Source: Squalus acanthias
Taxonomy: Eukaryota
DNA length: 64,000 nucleotides
Direction of reading: 5' to 3'
Assembly: GCA_030390025.1 (NCBI GenBank)
Contig: CM059431.1
Location: forward strand, 140,122,001-140,186,000
A program made the translations under genes and the position numbers. The notes beneath the pieces were generated by a model, which ran no database searches, was not told the DNA's origin, and worked only from the letters and a program-made list of their open reading frames with translations. The stretch's first letter is position 1, and every line of letters starts with the position of its first letter. Below, one piece after another: positions 26,745 to 39,470 of this stretch.

Positions 26745-27750
26745 TTCTGCCAGGTGTGTATGTGGTTTCACAGTTTATCAGGCTCCTGCCAGGTGTGTAT
26801 GGGGCTTCACAGTGTATCAGGATCCTGCCAGGTGTGTATGGGGTTTCACAGTGTATCAGGATCCTGCCAGGTGTGTATGGGGTTTCACAGTGTAGCAGGA
26901 TCCGGCCAGGTGTGTATGGGTTTTCAAAGTGTATCAGCATCCTGCCAGGTGTGTATGGGGTTTCACAGTGTATCAGGTTCAGGCCAGGTGTGTATGGAGT
27001 TTCACAGGGTATCAGGATGCTGCCAGGTGTGTGTGGGTTTTCACAGTGTATCAGCAACCTGCCAGGTGTGTATGGGGTTTCACAGTGTATCAGCATCCTG
27101 CCAGGTGTGTATGGGGTTTCACAGTCGATTAGGATCCTGCCAGGTGTGTATGGGGTTTCACAGTGTATCAGGATCCTGCCAGGTGTGTATGGGGTTTCAC
27201 AGTGTATCAGAATCCTGTCAGGTGTGTATGGGGTTTCACAGTGTATCAGGATCCTGCCAGGTGTGTATGGGGTTTCACAGTGTAGCAGGATCCGGCCAGG
27301 TGTGTATGGGTTTTCACAGTGTATCAGCATCCTGCCAGGTGTGTATGGGATTTCACAGTGTAGCAGGTTCAGGCCAGGTGTGTATGGAGTTTCACAGGGT
27401 AGCAGGATGCTGCCAGGTGTGTGTGGGGTTTCACAGTGTATCAGCAACCTGCCAGGTGTGTATGGGGTTTCACAGTGTATCAGCATCCTGCCAGGTGTGT
27501 ATGGGGTTTCACAGTGTATCAGGATCCTGCCAGGTGTGTATGGGGTTTCACAGTGTATCATGATCCTGCCAGGTGTGTATGGGGTTTCACAGTGTATCAG
27601 AATCCTGTCAGGTGTGTATGGGGTTTCACAGTGTATCTGGATCCTGCCAGGTGTGTATGGGGTTTCACAGAGTATCATGATTCGGCCAGGTGTGCATATG
27701 GAATCACTGTATATCAGGATATTGCCAGGTATGTATGGGGTTTCCCAAGT
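26745..27750 (-). repeat. 39-bp minisatellite, array 3 (inverted, longer counterpart of array 2)
   Basis: Reverse complement units; flanks match those of array 2. Confidence 0.95.
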
Positions 27751-29334
27751 TGTTCAGTTGTTCAGATTTACTCACACAATGCTTGTCAAAACCATCTTTA
27801 TTGCTGTGGTCGAGAATATTCTGGATGGAAATATGGAACGAGTGATCATTGATGAATTAAATGATCCTTCACTCGGTTTTACACAGGCTGGTGCTGTTCC
27901 ATTATTTTTAATCACAGGTTTGTGTTGAATACTTTAGGTTTTGAGATTTAATTTAAATTCTGGTATTTTATTAACATGATATTTATCCGCATATACAATA
28001 TATAGCTGGGTGTGATTCCTCTGGTCTTTATGGGCAGTGACATTGTCCGTGTGTTCATGGAGATGTGTCCTGTTTGATTCTTCTATTTGAATATATTGAC
28101 CATAACCCTCATTGTGTCAGCACCTGACAAATGAGCACTGCAGGAGGTGAGGACATTTGCCGCTCTTCCACTAATATTAACACTAATATATAATGTTGTG
28201 AATCATGTAACTTTAAACAGTGATGTGATGCACAGCATTTATGTGTGGAATCTTTCGGGCTCTGACAATCTCAAGAATGATCATAAACATGCAAGTGGTA
28301 GAATTGTTGCTTTACAATCACAATTCTCCAGTTGTGCGCGTGTCTCGCTGTGTGGGCCCACGCACGTGCGTCCAATCAAACTCTCAGTCAGCGTCATTTC
28401 CTTTCCACACTGGGGAAATGTAAAAGCGATTCAGTCTCAGATCAGTGATTTCTCCAAACTATAGTTCAAGTTATTTTCTGACTTTAATTTATAACCAAGT
28501 TTCAGAACTTGTAAAATTCAATTATTTGCTGCTTAAGTCAGGCTGTCACTGGTATAATAAACACGCAACAGCACCAACTTGCATTCCACCACATTATTAG
28601 TTACACAAGTTTAGTTTCAACATTTACATTTTAACTACAGATTAATGATCCTTGCTACCTTTTGGTAATTTGAGTGTTTGATTATATAAGCTCGAGTGAT
28701 CAGGATCCTCCTGTCTGTGTGAAAGGTGATTTCTGCCCTGTGGTCAGTTTCGAACTAATACATTCCTGACATTTGTTTCTCTCCAAAGTGAGCGGCCTCT
28801 GTTGTTTACACAGCCGTTTGACAATAACCTGCTCATTAACGTGAATTTATGTCACCAAAAACATTAATCTCGGCTCCATTTGCCCTCCTAATTCGCATCC
28901 GTTTCTAACTGAGTTAATCGGATTTCGTCGCGTTAACAGTGATTAATGATTAGAATTAATCGGGGACAAGTTTTATCTCCGAAGTTGCTCCGATCCAGTG
29001 TTTGGATCGCGTTCAGTTCGACCTCAGGGAACCAGAGATTGATTTTCCAGATGCTCAGCACAGAGCGAGAATCGGCCAGTGCCAATCAGTTAACCCTTTA
29101 CTGGGCTGAACTGTGTGTTCGGTCTGAACAACGGGCCCCGCCGTTGTCAGTTAAGTTAAATATATTGGGCAACAAACAGTTCAGTGAGTGAAAACACCGC
29201 GCGTTACTGTAAAAAAATAAAAGCGTACGGAGTAAGAATGGATCACATTCGCACCCCTGTCTGACTGAACTGTGAATTCTACAATCGGGAGGAGGCGCCG
29301 CAGGACCACAATGGATAAAGCCCCAGATTTACTC

Positions 29335-29685
29335 TGCACTTTCGGAGGTGCGGTCTTTCGGATGAGACGTTAACCCGAGGCCCCGTCTGAACTCCCAGGT
29401 GGACGGAAAAGATCCCATGGCACTATTTCAAAGAAGAGCAGGGGAGTTATCCCCAGTGTCCTGGCCAATATTTATCTCTCAACCAGCATAAAAAAAACCG
29501 AATATCTGTCATTATCACGTTGCTGTTTGTGGGAGCTTGCTGTGCGCAAATTGGCTGCTGCGTTTCCCACATTACCAGAGTGACTACACTTCAAAAAAGT
29601 ACTTCATTGGCTGTAAAGCGCTTTGAGACGTCCGGTGGTCGTGAAAGGCGCTCTATAAAAATGCAACTTTTTCATTCTTTCTTCT
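29335..29685 (+). mobile_element. Deu-domain SINE (inverted-duplicate copy of 18915-19265)
   Basis: Same SINE sequence and same flanking context. Confidence 0.8.
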
Positions 29686-32601
29686 TTCCGGCTTTCTGTC
29701 CCGCAACCGCTTTAAAATGTGTCTGTGGGAGACTGGTGGAGACCAGGAGTGAGATTAACCCTGAAATCCCCGGTGTAAAATGGACTGTCCTCAGTCACAG
29801 TCTGAACCCTCACTCACAGAATAGCCGCAACCGCGCCGCTGGGGAATATATCAAACCGCGGGTAATAAGCTTTAGAGAGGAAGAGTAAAGGGAGAAATGA
29901 AGGAATAAAACACAGAAATGAAGCTTAGAAGCTAAATTAATCTTACCCTGATTCCGCAAGGATTTTCTGTCTCTTTATTTCCGTGTTGATTTTGCGAGTT
30001 ACATCCTTGTTATTTCACTAGAACCGATCATGCAGAAGTTCCTTGTTTGATTTGAGCAAGTCACAAATTGTGAATTTGATCTGATCCTTTGTTCTGTGAG
30101 ACTCAGAGCTCCGCCCTCTGTGTGAAAGCTGCTGCCCTCGCTCAGGATGGATTTCAACTCAAACATTCCTCATTGGCGTCAGAACAGGGAACGGCCTGTC
30201 TGGTCAAATCAAACCCAACTGGTTGGACAATTCGCTGCCACCTCACCTGTAAACAAAGTTAGTTATAACATTTACTTCATATCTTGTTCCAGGGAAGTTA
30301 AGTAAAACAGAGATTTGCTAAAGATCTCGGTGCACTCCCACCTTATGGTAATTTGAGTAATTACTTTTACGACAAAGATCATTAATTGAATTCCTCCTGT
30401 CTGTGTGAAAAGTGGTTTCAGCCTGAAACCGGTTTCCATCTAAAACATTCCGGAAGTTTGTTTCTCTCTAAAGGGATCAGTCTGTCTGATTTTTCGGCCA
30501 GTTTGACAATAACCGCCTCATTAACATGAATTTATTTCAGCAAAAACTCAAGTCCCTGCCCCATTCTCTCAGCTATTTCACAGGCGTTCCTGACTGAGTT
30601 GAACAGTGATTTCTCGGTTATGCAGCATTTCATTGTTATAATTAATCGGGGAGTAGATTTATCACCGAAGTTGTTCCGATCAAGTGATGGGATCGTGTTC
30701 AGACCGGCCTCAGGTAACCAGAGGCTGATTTTCTAGGTGCTCGGCACAGAGCGATAATCGGCCAGTGCGAATGTGTTAACCCTTTACTGAGCTGAACTGT
30801 GTGTTGGGTCTGAACTGCTGGTCCCGCCTTGGATCAGTTAAATAAAACTGTGCTGGACACCAAACGGTTCAGTGAGTAAAAGTCCGCACTGAGTTCCAAG
30901 AACCAGGTTCCCAGCCCTGTTTACTGAACTGCAAATTCTAACATGGGAAGCAGGAGCCGCTGGATTTGGCTGGGTTAAATCCCCAGAGTGAGTGTTCATG
31001 CTTTCTGTCCCGCAACGCTTTAAAATGTGTCTGTGGGGAGACTGGTGGAGACCAGGAGTGAGATTAACCCTGAAATCACCGGAATAAAATGAACTGTCCT
31101 CAGTCACAGTCTGAGCCCACACTCACGGAATAGCCGCAACCCCGGTGCTGGAGAACTGATCAAACCGCGGGTAATAAGCTTTAGAGAGGAAGAGTAAAGG
31201 GAGAAATGGAAGAATAAAACACAGAAATGAAGCTTAGAAGCTACATTAATCTTACCTTGATCCCGCAAGGATTTTCTGTCTCTTTATTTCCGTGTTGATT
31301 TTGTGAGTTACATCCTTGTTATTTCACTAGAACCGATCATGCAGAAGTTCCTTGTTTGATTTCAGCAAGTCACAAATTCTGAATTTGATCTGATCCTTGT
31401 TCTGGGAGATTCAGAGCTCCACCCTCTGTGTGAAAGCTGCTGCCCGCCCTCAGGATGGATTTCAACTCAAACATTCCTCATTGGCGTCAGAACAGGGAGC
31501 GATCTTTCTGGTCAAAACAAATCCAACCGGTTTGACGATTCGCTGCCGCTTCAAACCTGAACCAAGTTACTTATAAAATTTACTTCATCTCTTGTTCCAG
31601 GGAAGTTAAGTAAAACAGAGATTTGCTAAAAGTCCCGGAGCCCTCCCACCTTATGGTAATTTGAGTGATTACTTTTACTACAAAGATCATTAATTGAATT
31701 CCTCCTGTCTGCGCGTAAACTGGTTTCAGCCTGAAACCGGTTCCGTCTGAAACATTCCTTTAGTATTTTTCTGTCTAAAGGGATCAGTCTGTATGATTTT
31801 TCGGCCAGTTTGACAATAACCGTCTCATTAACATGAATTCATTTCAACAAAAACACAAGTCCCTGCTCCATTCTCTTACAGAATTCACAGGAGTTCCTGA
31901 CTGAGTTAAACAGTGATTTCTCGTTTATGCGTCATATCATTATTATAATTAATCGGGGACTAGTTTTTCTCCAAAGTTACTCCGATCGAGTGACGAGATC
32001 GTGTTCAGTCCGACCTCAGGTAACCAGAGGCTGATTTTCCAGGTGCTCGGCACGGAGCGATAATCGGCCAGTGCGAATGTGTTAACCCTTTACTGAGCTG
32101 AACTGTGTGTTGGGTCTGAACTGCTGGACCCGCCTTTGATCAGTTAAATAAAACTGTGCTGGACACCAAACGGTTCATTGAGTAAAAGTCCGCACTGAGT
32201 TCCAAGGACCAGGTTCCAAACCCTGTTTACTGATTTGCAAATTATAACATGGGAAGGAGGCGCCGCTGGACTTGGCTGGGTTAAATCCCCAGAGTTCGTG
32301 TTCCTGCTTTCTGTCCCGCAACCGCTTTAAAATGTGTCTGTGGGGAGACTGGTGGAGACCAGGAATGGGTTTACCCTTAAAAACCCGGTGTAGAATGGAC
32401 TGTCCTCAGTCACAGTCTGAGCCCACACTCACAGAATAGCCGCAACCCCGGTGCTGGTGAACATATCAAACCTCGGGTAATAAGCTTTAGGAAGAATAAA
32501 ACACAGAAATGAGCTTAGAAGCTACATTAATCTTATCATGACCCCGCAAGGATTTTCTGTCTCTTTATTTCCGTGTAGATTTTGCGAGTTACATCCTTGT
32601 T

Positions 32602-33710
32602 AGCATAGCATAGAAGATAGGAGCAGGAGTAGGCCATTCGGCCCCTCGAGCCTGCTCCGCCATTTAATGAGATCATGGCTGATCATCCAAATTCAGTACC
32701 CTTGCCCTGCTTTCTCCCCATATCCCTTGATCCCTTTAGCCTTAAGAAATATATCTAGCTCCTTCTTGAATATATTTAATGACTTGGCCTCAATTGCCTT
32801 CTGTGGTAGAGAATTCCATAGGTTCACCACTCACTGGGTGAAGAAATTCCTCCTCATCGCAGTCCTAAATGGCTTACCACTTATCCTTAGACAGTGACCT
32901 CTGGTTCTGGACTCCCCCGCCATCGGGAACATCCTTCCTGCATCTAGTCTGTCTAATCCTGTTAGAATTTTGTAAGTTTCAATGAGATCCCCTCTCATTC
33001 TTCGAAACTCTAGCGAATATAAGCCTAATCGACCCAATCTCTCTTCATACGTCATTCCTGCCATCCCAGGTATCAGTCTGGTAAATCTTCGCTGCACTCC
33101 CTCCATGGCAAGAACTTCCTTCCTCGGATAATGCGACAAAAACTGCACACAATACTCAAGTTGTGGTCTCACCAAGGAGTTGTACAACTGCAGCAAGACA
33201 TCTGAGCACCTCTACTCGAATCCTCCCGCTATGAAGGCCAGCATACGATTTGCCTTCTTAACCGCCTGCTGCTCCTGCATGCTTACCTTTAGCGACTACT
33301 GCACAAGGACACCCAGGTCTCCTTGCACTTCCCCTTTTCCCAATCTATTGCCGTTCAGATAATAATCTCTCTTCCTGTTTTTGCCACCAAAGTGGATAAC
33401 CTCGCATTTATACACATTATACTGCATCTGCCATGCATCTGCCCAATCACCCAACCTGTCCAAATCATACTGGAGTTTCTCTGCATCCTCCTCGCAGCAC
33501 AGACGCCCACCCAGCTTTGTGTCATCTGCAAACTTTGAGATATTACATCTAGTTCCCTCGTCTAGATCATTAATATATATAGTGAAGAGCTGGGGTCCTA
33601 GGACCGATCCCTGCGGGACCCCACTTGTCACTGCCTGCCACTCGGAAAATGACAAGTTTATTCCAAGTCTTTGCTTCCTGTCTGCCAACCAGTTCTCTAT
33701 TCAAGTCAGT
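32602..33710 (-). mobile_element. CR1 LINE 3' portion
   Basis: SGVPQGSVLGPQLF, FADDTKLGG, LVRPQLEYC, SLEFRRMRGDLIE; tail at ~32602. Confidence 0.95.
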
Positions 33711-33884
33711 ATTGGGCAACAAACGGTTCAGTGAGTGAAAATACCGCGCCTTACTGTAAAAAAATAAAAGCATACGGAGTGAGAAAGGATCACATTCTCA
33801 CCCCTGTCTGACTGAACTGCAAATTCTACAATCGGGAGGAGGCGCCGCTGGACCACAATGGATAAAGCCCCAGAGTTGGTCTGT

Positions 33885-34235
33885 ACTGTCGGAGGTGCCA
33901 TCTTTCGGATGAGACGTTAACCCGAGGCCCCGTCTGAACTCCCAGGTGGACGTAAAAGATCCCATGGCACTATTTCGAAGAAAAGCAGGGGAGTTATCCC
34001 CAGTGTCCTGGCCAATATTTATCTCTCAATCAACATAAAAAAAACAAATTATCTGGTCATCATCATATTGCTGTTTGTGGGAGCTTGCTGTGAGCATATT
34101 GGCTGCCGCGTTTCCCACATCACAAAAGTGACTTCACTTCAAAAAAGTACTTCATTGGCTGTAAAGCGCTTTGAGACGTCCGGTGGTCGTGAAAACCGCT
34201 GTATAAAATTGCAAGTCTTTCTTTCTTCTTTCTTT
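33885..34235 (+). mobile_element. Deu-domain SINE, third copy in the same unit context
   Basis: Matches 29335-29685 including upstream flank. Confidence 0.8.
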
Positions 34236-36519
34236 CCGGCTTTCTGTCCCGCAACCGCTTTAAAATGTGTCTGTGGGGAGACTGGTGGAGACCAGGAGTG
34301 GGTTTAACCCTGAAATCCCCGGTGTAAAATGGACTGTCCTCAGTCACAGTCTGAGCCCTCACTCACAGTATAGCCGCAACCCCGGTGCTGGAGAACATAT
34401 CAGACCGCGGGAAATAGGCTATAGAGAGGAAGAGTAAAGGGAGAAAATGAAGAATAAAACACATAAATGAAGCTTAGAAGCTACATTAATCTTACCTTGA
34501 TACCGCAAGGATTTTCTGTCTCTTTATTTCCGTGTAGATTTTGCGACTTACATCCTTGTTATTTCACTAGAACCGATCATGCAGAAGTTCCTTGTTTGAT
34601 TTGAGCAAGTCACAAATTGTGAATTTGATCTAATCCTTGTTCTGTGAGACTCAGAGCTCCGCCCTCTGTGTGAAAGCTGCTGCCCTCGCTCAGGGTGGAT
34701 TTCAACTCAAACATTCCTCATTGGCGTCAGAACAGGGAGCGGCCTCACTGGTCAAATCAAATCCAACCGGTTTGACGATTCTCTGCCGCTCCAACTGTGA
34801 ACGAAGTTAGTTATAACATTTACTTCATCTCTTGTTCCAGGGAAGTTAAGTAAAACAGAGATTTGCTATAAAATTCTCGGGGCCCTCCCACCTTATGGTA
34901 ATTTGAGTAATTACTTTTACTGCAAAGATCATTAATTAGTTTCCTCCTGTCTGTGTGAAAAGTGGTTTCAGCCTGAACCCGGTTTCCGTCTAAAACATTC
35001 CTGAAGATTGTTTCTCTTTAAAGGGATCAGTCTCTGATTTTTCGGCCAGTTTGACAATAACCGCCTCATTAACATGAATTGATTTCAGACAAAAACACAA
35101 GTCCCTGCTCCATTCTCTCACCTAATTCACAGGCGTTCCTAACTGATTTAAACAGTGATTTCTCGGTTATGCGGCATTTCATTATTATAATTTATCGGGG
35201 ACTAGTGTTATCTCCGACTTTGCTCCGATCGAGTGACGGGTTCGTGTTCAGACCGGCCTCAGGTAACCAGAAGCTGATTTTCCAGGTGCTCGGGACAGAG
35301 CGATAAACGGCCAGTGCGAATGTGTTAACCCTTTACTGAGCTGAACTGTGTGTTGGGTCTGAACTGTTGGTCCCGCCTTTGATCAGTTAAATAAAACTGT
35401 GCTGGACACAAACGGTTCAGTGAGTAAAAGTCCGCACTGAGTTCCAAGAACCAGGTTCCCAGCCCTGTTTACTGAACTGCAAATTCTAACATGTAAAGGA
35501 AGCGCCGCTGACCTTGGCTGGGTTAAATCTCCAGAGTTCGTGTTCCTGCTTTATATCCCACAACCGCTTTTAAATGTGTCTGTGGAGTCCAGGAGTGGGT
35601 TTAACCCTGAAATCCCCGGTGTAAAATGGACTGTCCTCAGTCACAGTCTGAGCCCTCATTCACAGATAAAAGAGACCCAGCCTGCTCATCCTTTCCTGAT
35701 AAGTATACCCTATTTGGAGAAACTACCCGGTGGGGAAATCAAAAAGAGTGGAAATTATGTTAAAATTAGATCGAGGCCATTATGGAGCAAAGACATGAAG
35801 CAATTTTTCACACAAAGCGTAGTTAGAAATCTGGAACTCAGTCTTCAAAAAGATTGGAAGCTGGGACAATTGGATCTCGCAAGACTGAGAAAGGTCAGGC
35901 TTTCTTGCAAAATTTCGAAATATATTTATCTGTTTTGTTGAGACAGCAGGAAATATCGTTGTGAATTGCTTGTGCTTCGTGAGTCCAAATTCACTTCTCT
36001 CAAGAGCGCTCGGGCCCATTGGGAAGGAAGTTATGCTTCCGATGTATAGAACGTTGATTAGTCCCATCGGGAGAACTGCGTTCAGTTTTGGCCATCAGAA
36101 TAATTGACTGGGCAAAACTAGGGCACTTGGAGTTCAATGTGAGCTACTGTGAAGTCATCCACTTTGCATTCAAGAATGCTCCAGCATCAGAAGCTCTGTC
36201 ACAGAACAAGTCTAAAAGGGGTGACCTCAGGGACATCAGAGGGCAAATATCCGCTGGGCTTCATCGATCGTCCGCGAAGGCATGGCGGATGATACACGGA
36301 AATCTTGGGGGTAAATGCCATTTACAGCAGACAACCAGGAAAACCTCCAGAGAATCTACATTGAATTTTTCGTATTATGATCTGAGGGCACGGAGGCAAA
36401 ACTTCAATCAAGTCAGTACAACATGGTGGCGATGCTAGTGGATAGTGGCGAACTTACACACCTCACTGATTTTTTGAATATCTACATCATCCTAATTAAT
36501 ATCACCAATATTAATTGTT

Positions 36520-36745
36520 AACGGAAAGAAAGATTTGCATTTATATAGCGCCTGTCACGACCACCGGATGAACCAAAGCACTTTACAGCCAATGAAGTAC
36601 TTTTTGAAGTGAAGTCACTGTTGTAATGTAGGATACGTGGCAGCCAATTTGCGTCCAACAAGCTCCCACAAAGAGCAACGTGATAATGACCAGATAATCT
36701 GTTTTTAGTGATGTTGACTGAGGGACAAATATTGGCCATGAGAAA
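36520..36745 (-). mobile_element. Deu-domain SINE 3' half
   Basis: aaagatttgcatttatatagcgcc...cagccaatgaagtac...aatattggcca. Confidence 0.75.
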
Positions 36746-36779
36746 ATATTGATTGTTCGTCATGTAAATCGGAGATCTC

Positions 36780-37385
36780 ACTCTGTGAAGGTGATCAGGG
36801 TAGGTATTGTGTCACTGGAAAAGAGGAGGTTGAGAGGTGATATGATCCCTCTTTTTAGGATCCTAACGGGACTAGATAATGTATGACCATGAGAGGTTAG
36901 TTCACCTTGTGCAAAAACAGTAGAGCCAGAGCATATGACCTGCACTTGAAGGGGTTAAATTCAAAACTAATCTGCGTAATCAACATGTCAGTGAGCGAGT
37001 GGTCAATCTATGCAACAGGCTCCCTGGGGAGACGGAGGGAGTTTTTAGTATTGATACATTGAAATGAAAATTAGATCGATTTCTTTCAGAAAATCACATT
37101 TTGGGATAGAGTATATGGGTAATTTGAGAGATGACCTGTGGTTTTTGTAGCATGCTTGGGAGAAACAGGTAATATTTTGGACCTATGATACCCAATGCTC
37201 TCCACCACTGAGGGTTTTCCTCACCTCATGTCTGGGTCTGTTGTAGACTAATTGATAAAGATCGATTGCAATTATCAGTCAACAACTCCATTATCGCGGT
37301 ATCGTATGACCAGCTGGATGGTAGAAAGCGAGCTTAGATGGCCCTAAGTATTTAGTCGGCTAACAATTTCTATGTTCGTAAAGTA
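36780..37385 (+). mobile_element. Degenerate CR1-like 3' end with long 3' UTR
   Basis: SLEKRRLRGDMI-like sequence; the UTR recurs inverted at ~59890-60190. Confidence 0.65.
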
Positions 37386-38349
37386 ACCACCTTGATCACC
37401 TTCACTGCAACCGCGATACTAACCTGATGTTGAGGTATTTTATGTAAAGTTCAGGCAGAGTAGGGACATTTTTACCTTCTCTCAGATCCATGTGCTCCTT
37501 GACTAGTCACCCATGATTACTGGCGATGACACAGAAAGAAACAAATTCATGGACTCACAATTCAAATGCTCCATATGTTTCACTTTTAATTCGACGTTTG
37601 AAAAATGTAGGCATCCTGTTCAACGCTAACCTCCTTGACATCGATATATAATTATTATCAGAAAACAGTGAGCGGCCTTGATTAGATTCATACCCTTATG
37701 AGTTTGAACAATGGTGGATGGGAACATCCCTCAGCCTTGTCCCATTCAGCAGTGAAATATTAATGAATCAACACCCTCGCCAGTTAACTTGACCTTGCCA
37801 ACAAGTCCAAAATGTCATGATAAGAACAATTGGAGCATAATTGCTCAATGGAAACAATCCATCAATCGACAGAAATGGGCTTTATTTTTCCGCATTACCT
37901 TGTAAAGCATGAGGGCAGAATAAATATCTGAGATAAAAAATTATGCAATTATATTGCCTTTACCTTACATGTTAGTATCATCGTGCACCTAGAAGGATAG
38001 TTTCCTCTGATTGTTATTACTAATAAAATCATGAATGCCTGCTTTCAAAACTCTTTTATACGTATTGCTTGAAATGTGAATTTAGAAATTCCTCCCGCCG
38101 TATTTACAATGTCCGTAACGACCGACAGAAATCCATATAGTCCATTATATTCTAAAGCATTAATGTGATTTCAGAATAGTTGTAATGGATATTTATAAAT
38201 TTTTAAATTGCTCTTGATGCAACGTTACGACAATTACAGAATCGCATTCAACTAGGATGGCAAGTTATGACAGTGTGGAGCGCAGCACCATCAGGAGAGG
38301 ACAGTCCAACTACTTTCCGGATCTTCACAGAGTTTGATGACAGTACTCG

Positions 38350-38775
38350 CCCAAGGCTTTCTCCAGAATAGAGAAGGCCGAGGTGTGACCTGATAGGAGT
38401 CTTTAAGATTATGAAACTTTCGATAGATTAGATGGAGAGAAAATGTTTTCACTTGTCGGAGTGTCCATAACTAGGAGCCATCAATATAAGATAGTCACAA
38501 ATATATCCAATAGGGAATTCAGGAGCAACTTATTTACCCAGAGTTTGGTTAGAATGTGGAACTTGCTATAATATTGAGTATTTGAGGCAATTAGTATGCA
38601 TGCATTTTAGGGGAAGCTGTCTAAACACAAGAGACAGAAAGAATAAAAGGATATGCAGGCAGTATCAAATGAAGAGGGGTTGGAAGAGGCTCGTCTGGAG
38701 CATAAATGCCGACTCCGGCCAGTTAGGCCGAGTGGGTTCTTTCTGTGCTATAAACTCTATATAACTCTATGTCAC
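38350..38775 (+). mobile_element. CR1 3' fragment
   Basis: RGDL..VFKIM, FTQSLVRMWNLL-like sequence; ctctat tail. Confidence 0.75.
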
Positions 38776-38919
38776 TAAACCAGATGGACAGCGAACTGTT
38801 CAATGAACACAGTCCGCTGCTCAGTCTCTCGGAATCCCATGTGTTGCTCAGCTTCAAATTCTCCCTGGAAGCAAATTGAAAAGTTGTCTCAGGCTCAGCA
38901 TTGAAATATTAACGTGCCT

Positions 38920-39470
38920 TTTCAAAGCTGTCCTGGCCAACATCCCATCTTGCAATCTCTGTGAACTTGAGTTCATCCAAAACTCTGTTTCCCGTATCCT
39001 AACTCGCACCAAGTCCCGTTCGCCCATCACCCCTGTGCTCGCTCAACTATGTTCGCTCCCGGTCAGGCAACACATCGATTTTAAAACTCTCAACTTTTTT
39101 TTTCAAATGCCTCCATGGCCTCGCCCTTCCCGATCTCAGTTACCTCCTCTCGTCCGACAACTCTCCGAGACCTCTGCACTCGACCAATTCTGGCCTCTTG
39201 CGCATCCCTGATTCCAGTCGCTCCACCATTGGCATTCGTGCCTTCAGCTGCCGAGGTCCTAAGCTCTCGAATTCCCTCCCTAAACCTCTCCGCTCTTCTT
39301 TAAAACACTCCTTAATGCCTGCCTATTCGATCAAGCTTTTGATCACCTGTCCTATTATCTCATTATGTGTCTTGTTGTTAAATTCTAGTCTGAAGACGAT
39401 CCTGTGGATGTCTTGGACGTTTCATTACATTAAAGTCGCTGCTTAAATGCAATTTGTTATTGTTGTTGTG
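38920..39470 (+). mobile_element. L2-clade LINE 3' fragment
   Basis: IQNSVSRILTRTKSRSPITPVL..L..LPV...IDFK and GIRAFSCRGPKLSNSLP; ttg-type tail. Confidence 0.8.

Larger units (their letters stand above)
29690..35665 (-). repeat. ~1.3-kb tandem unit array, right arm (inverted), interrupted by CR1 and SINE
   Basis: gctttctgtcccgcaacc anchor at ~29691, 31000, 32307, 34240 and degenerate ~35548. Confidence 0.9.

Noticed and set aside
26695..27928. 13-aa repeat ORFs (IHCETPYTPGRIL / LPGVYGVSQCIRI), superficially zinc-finger-like
   Set aside because: 39-bp minisatellite open in several frames on both strands; no C2H2 spacing or gene structure.
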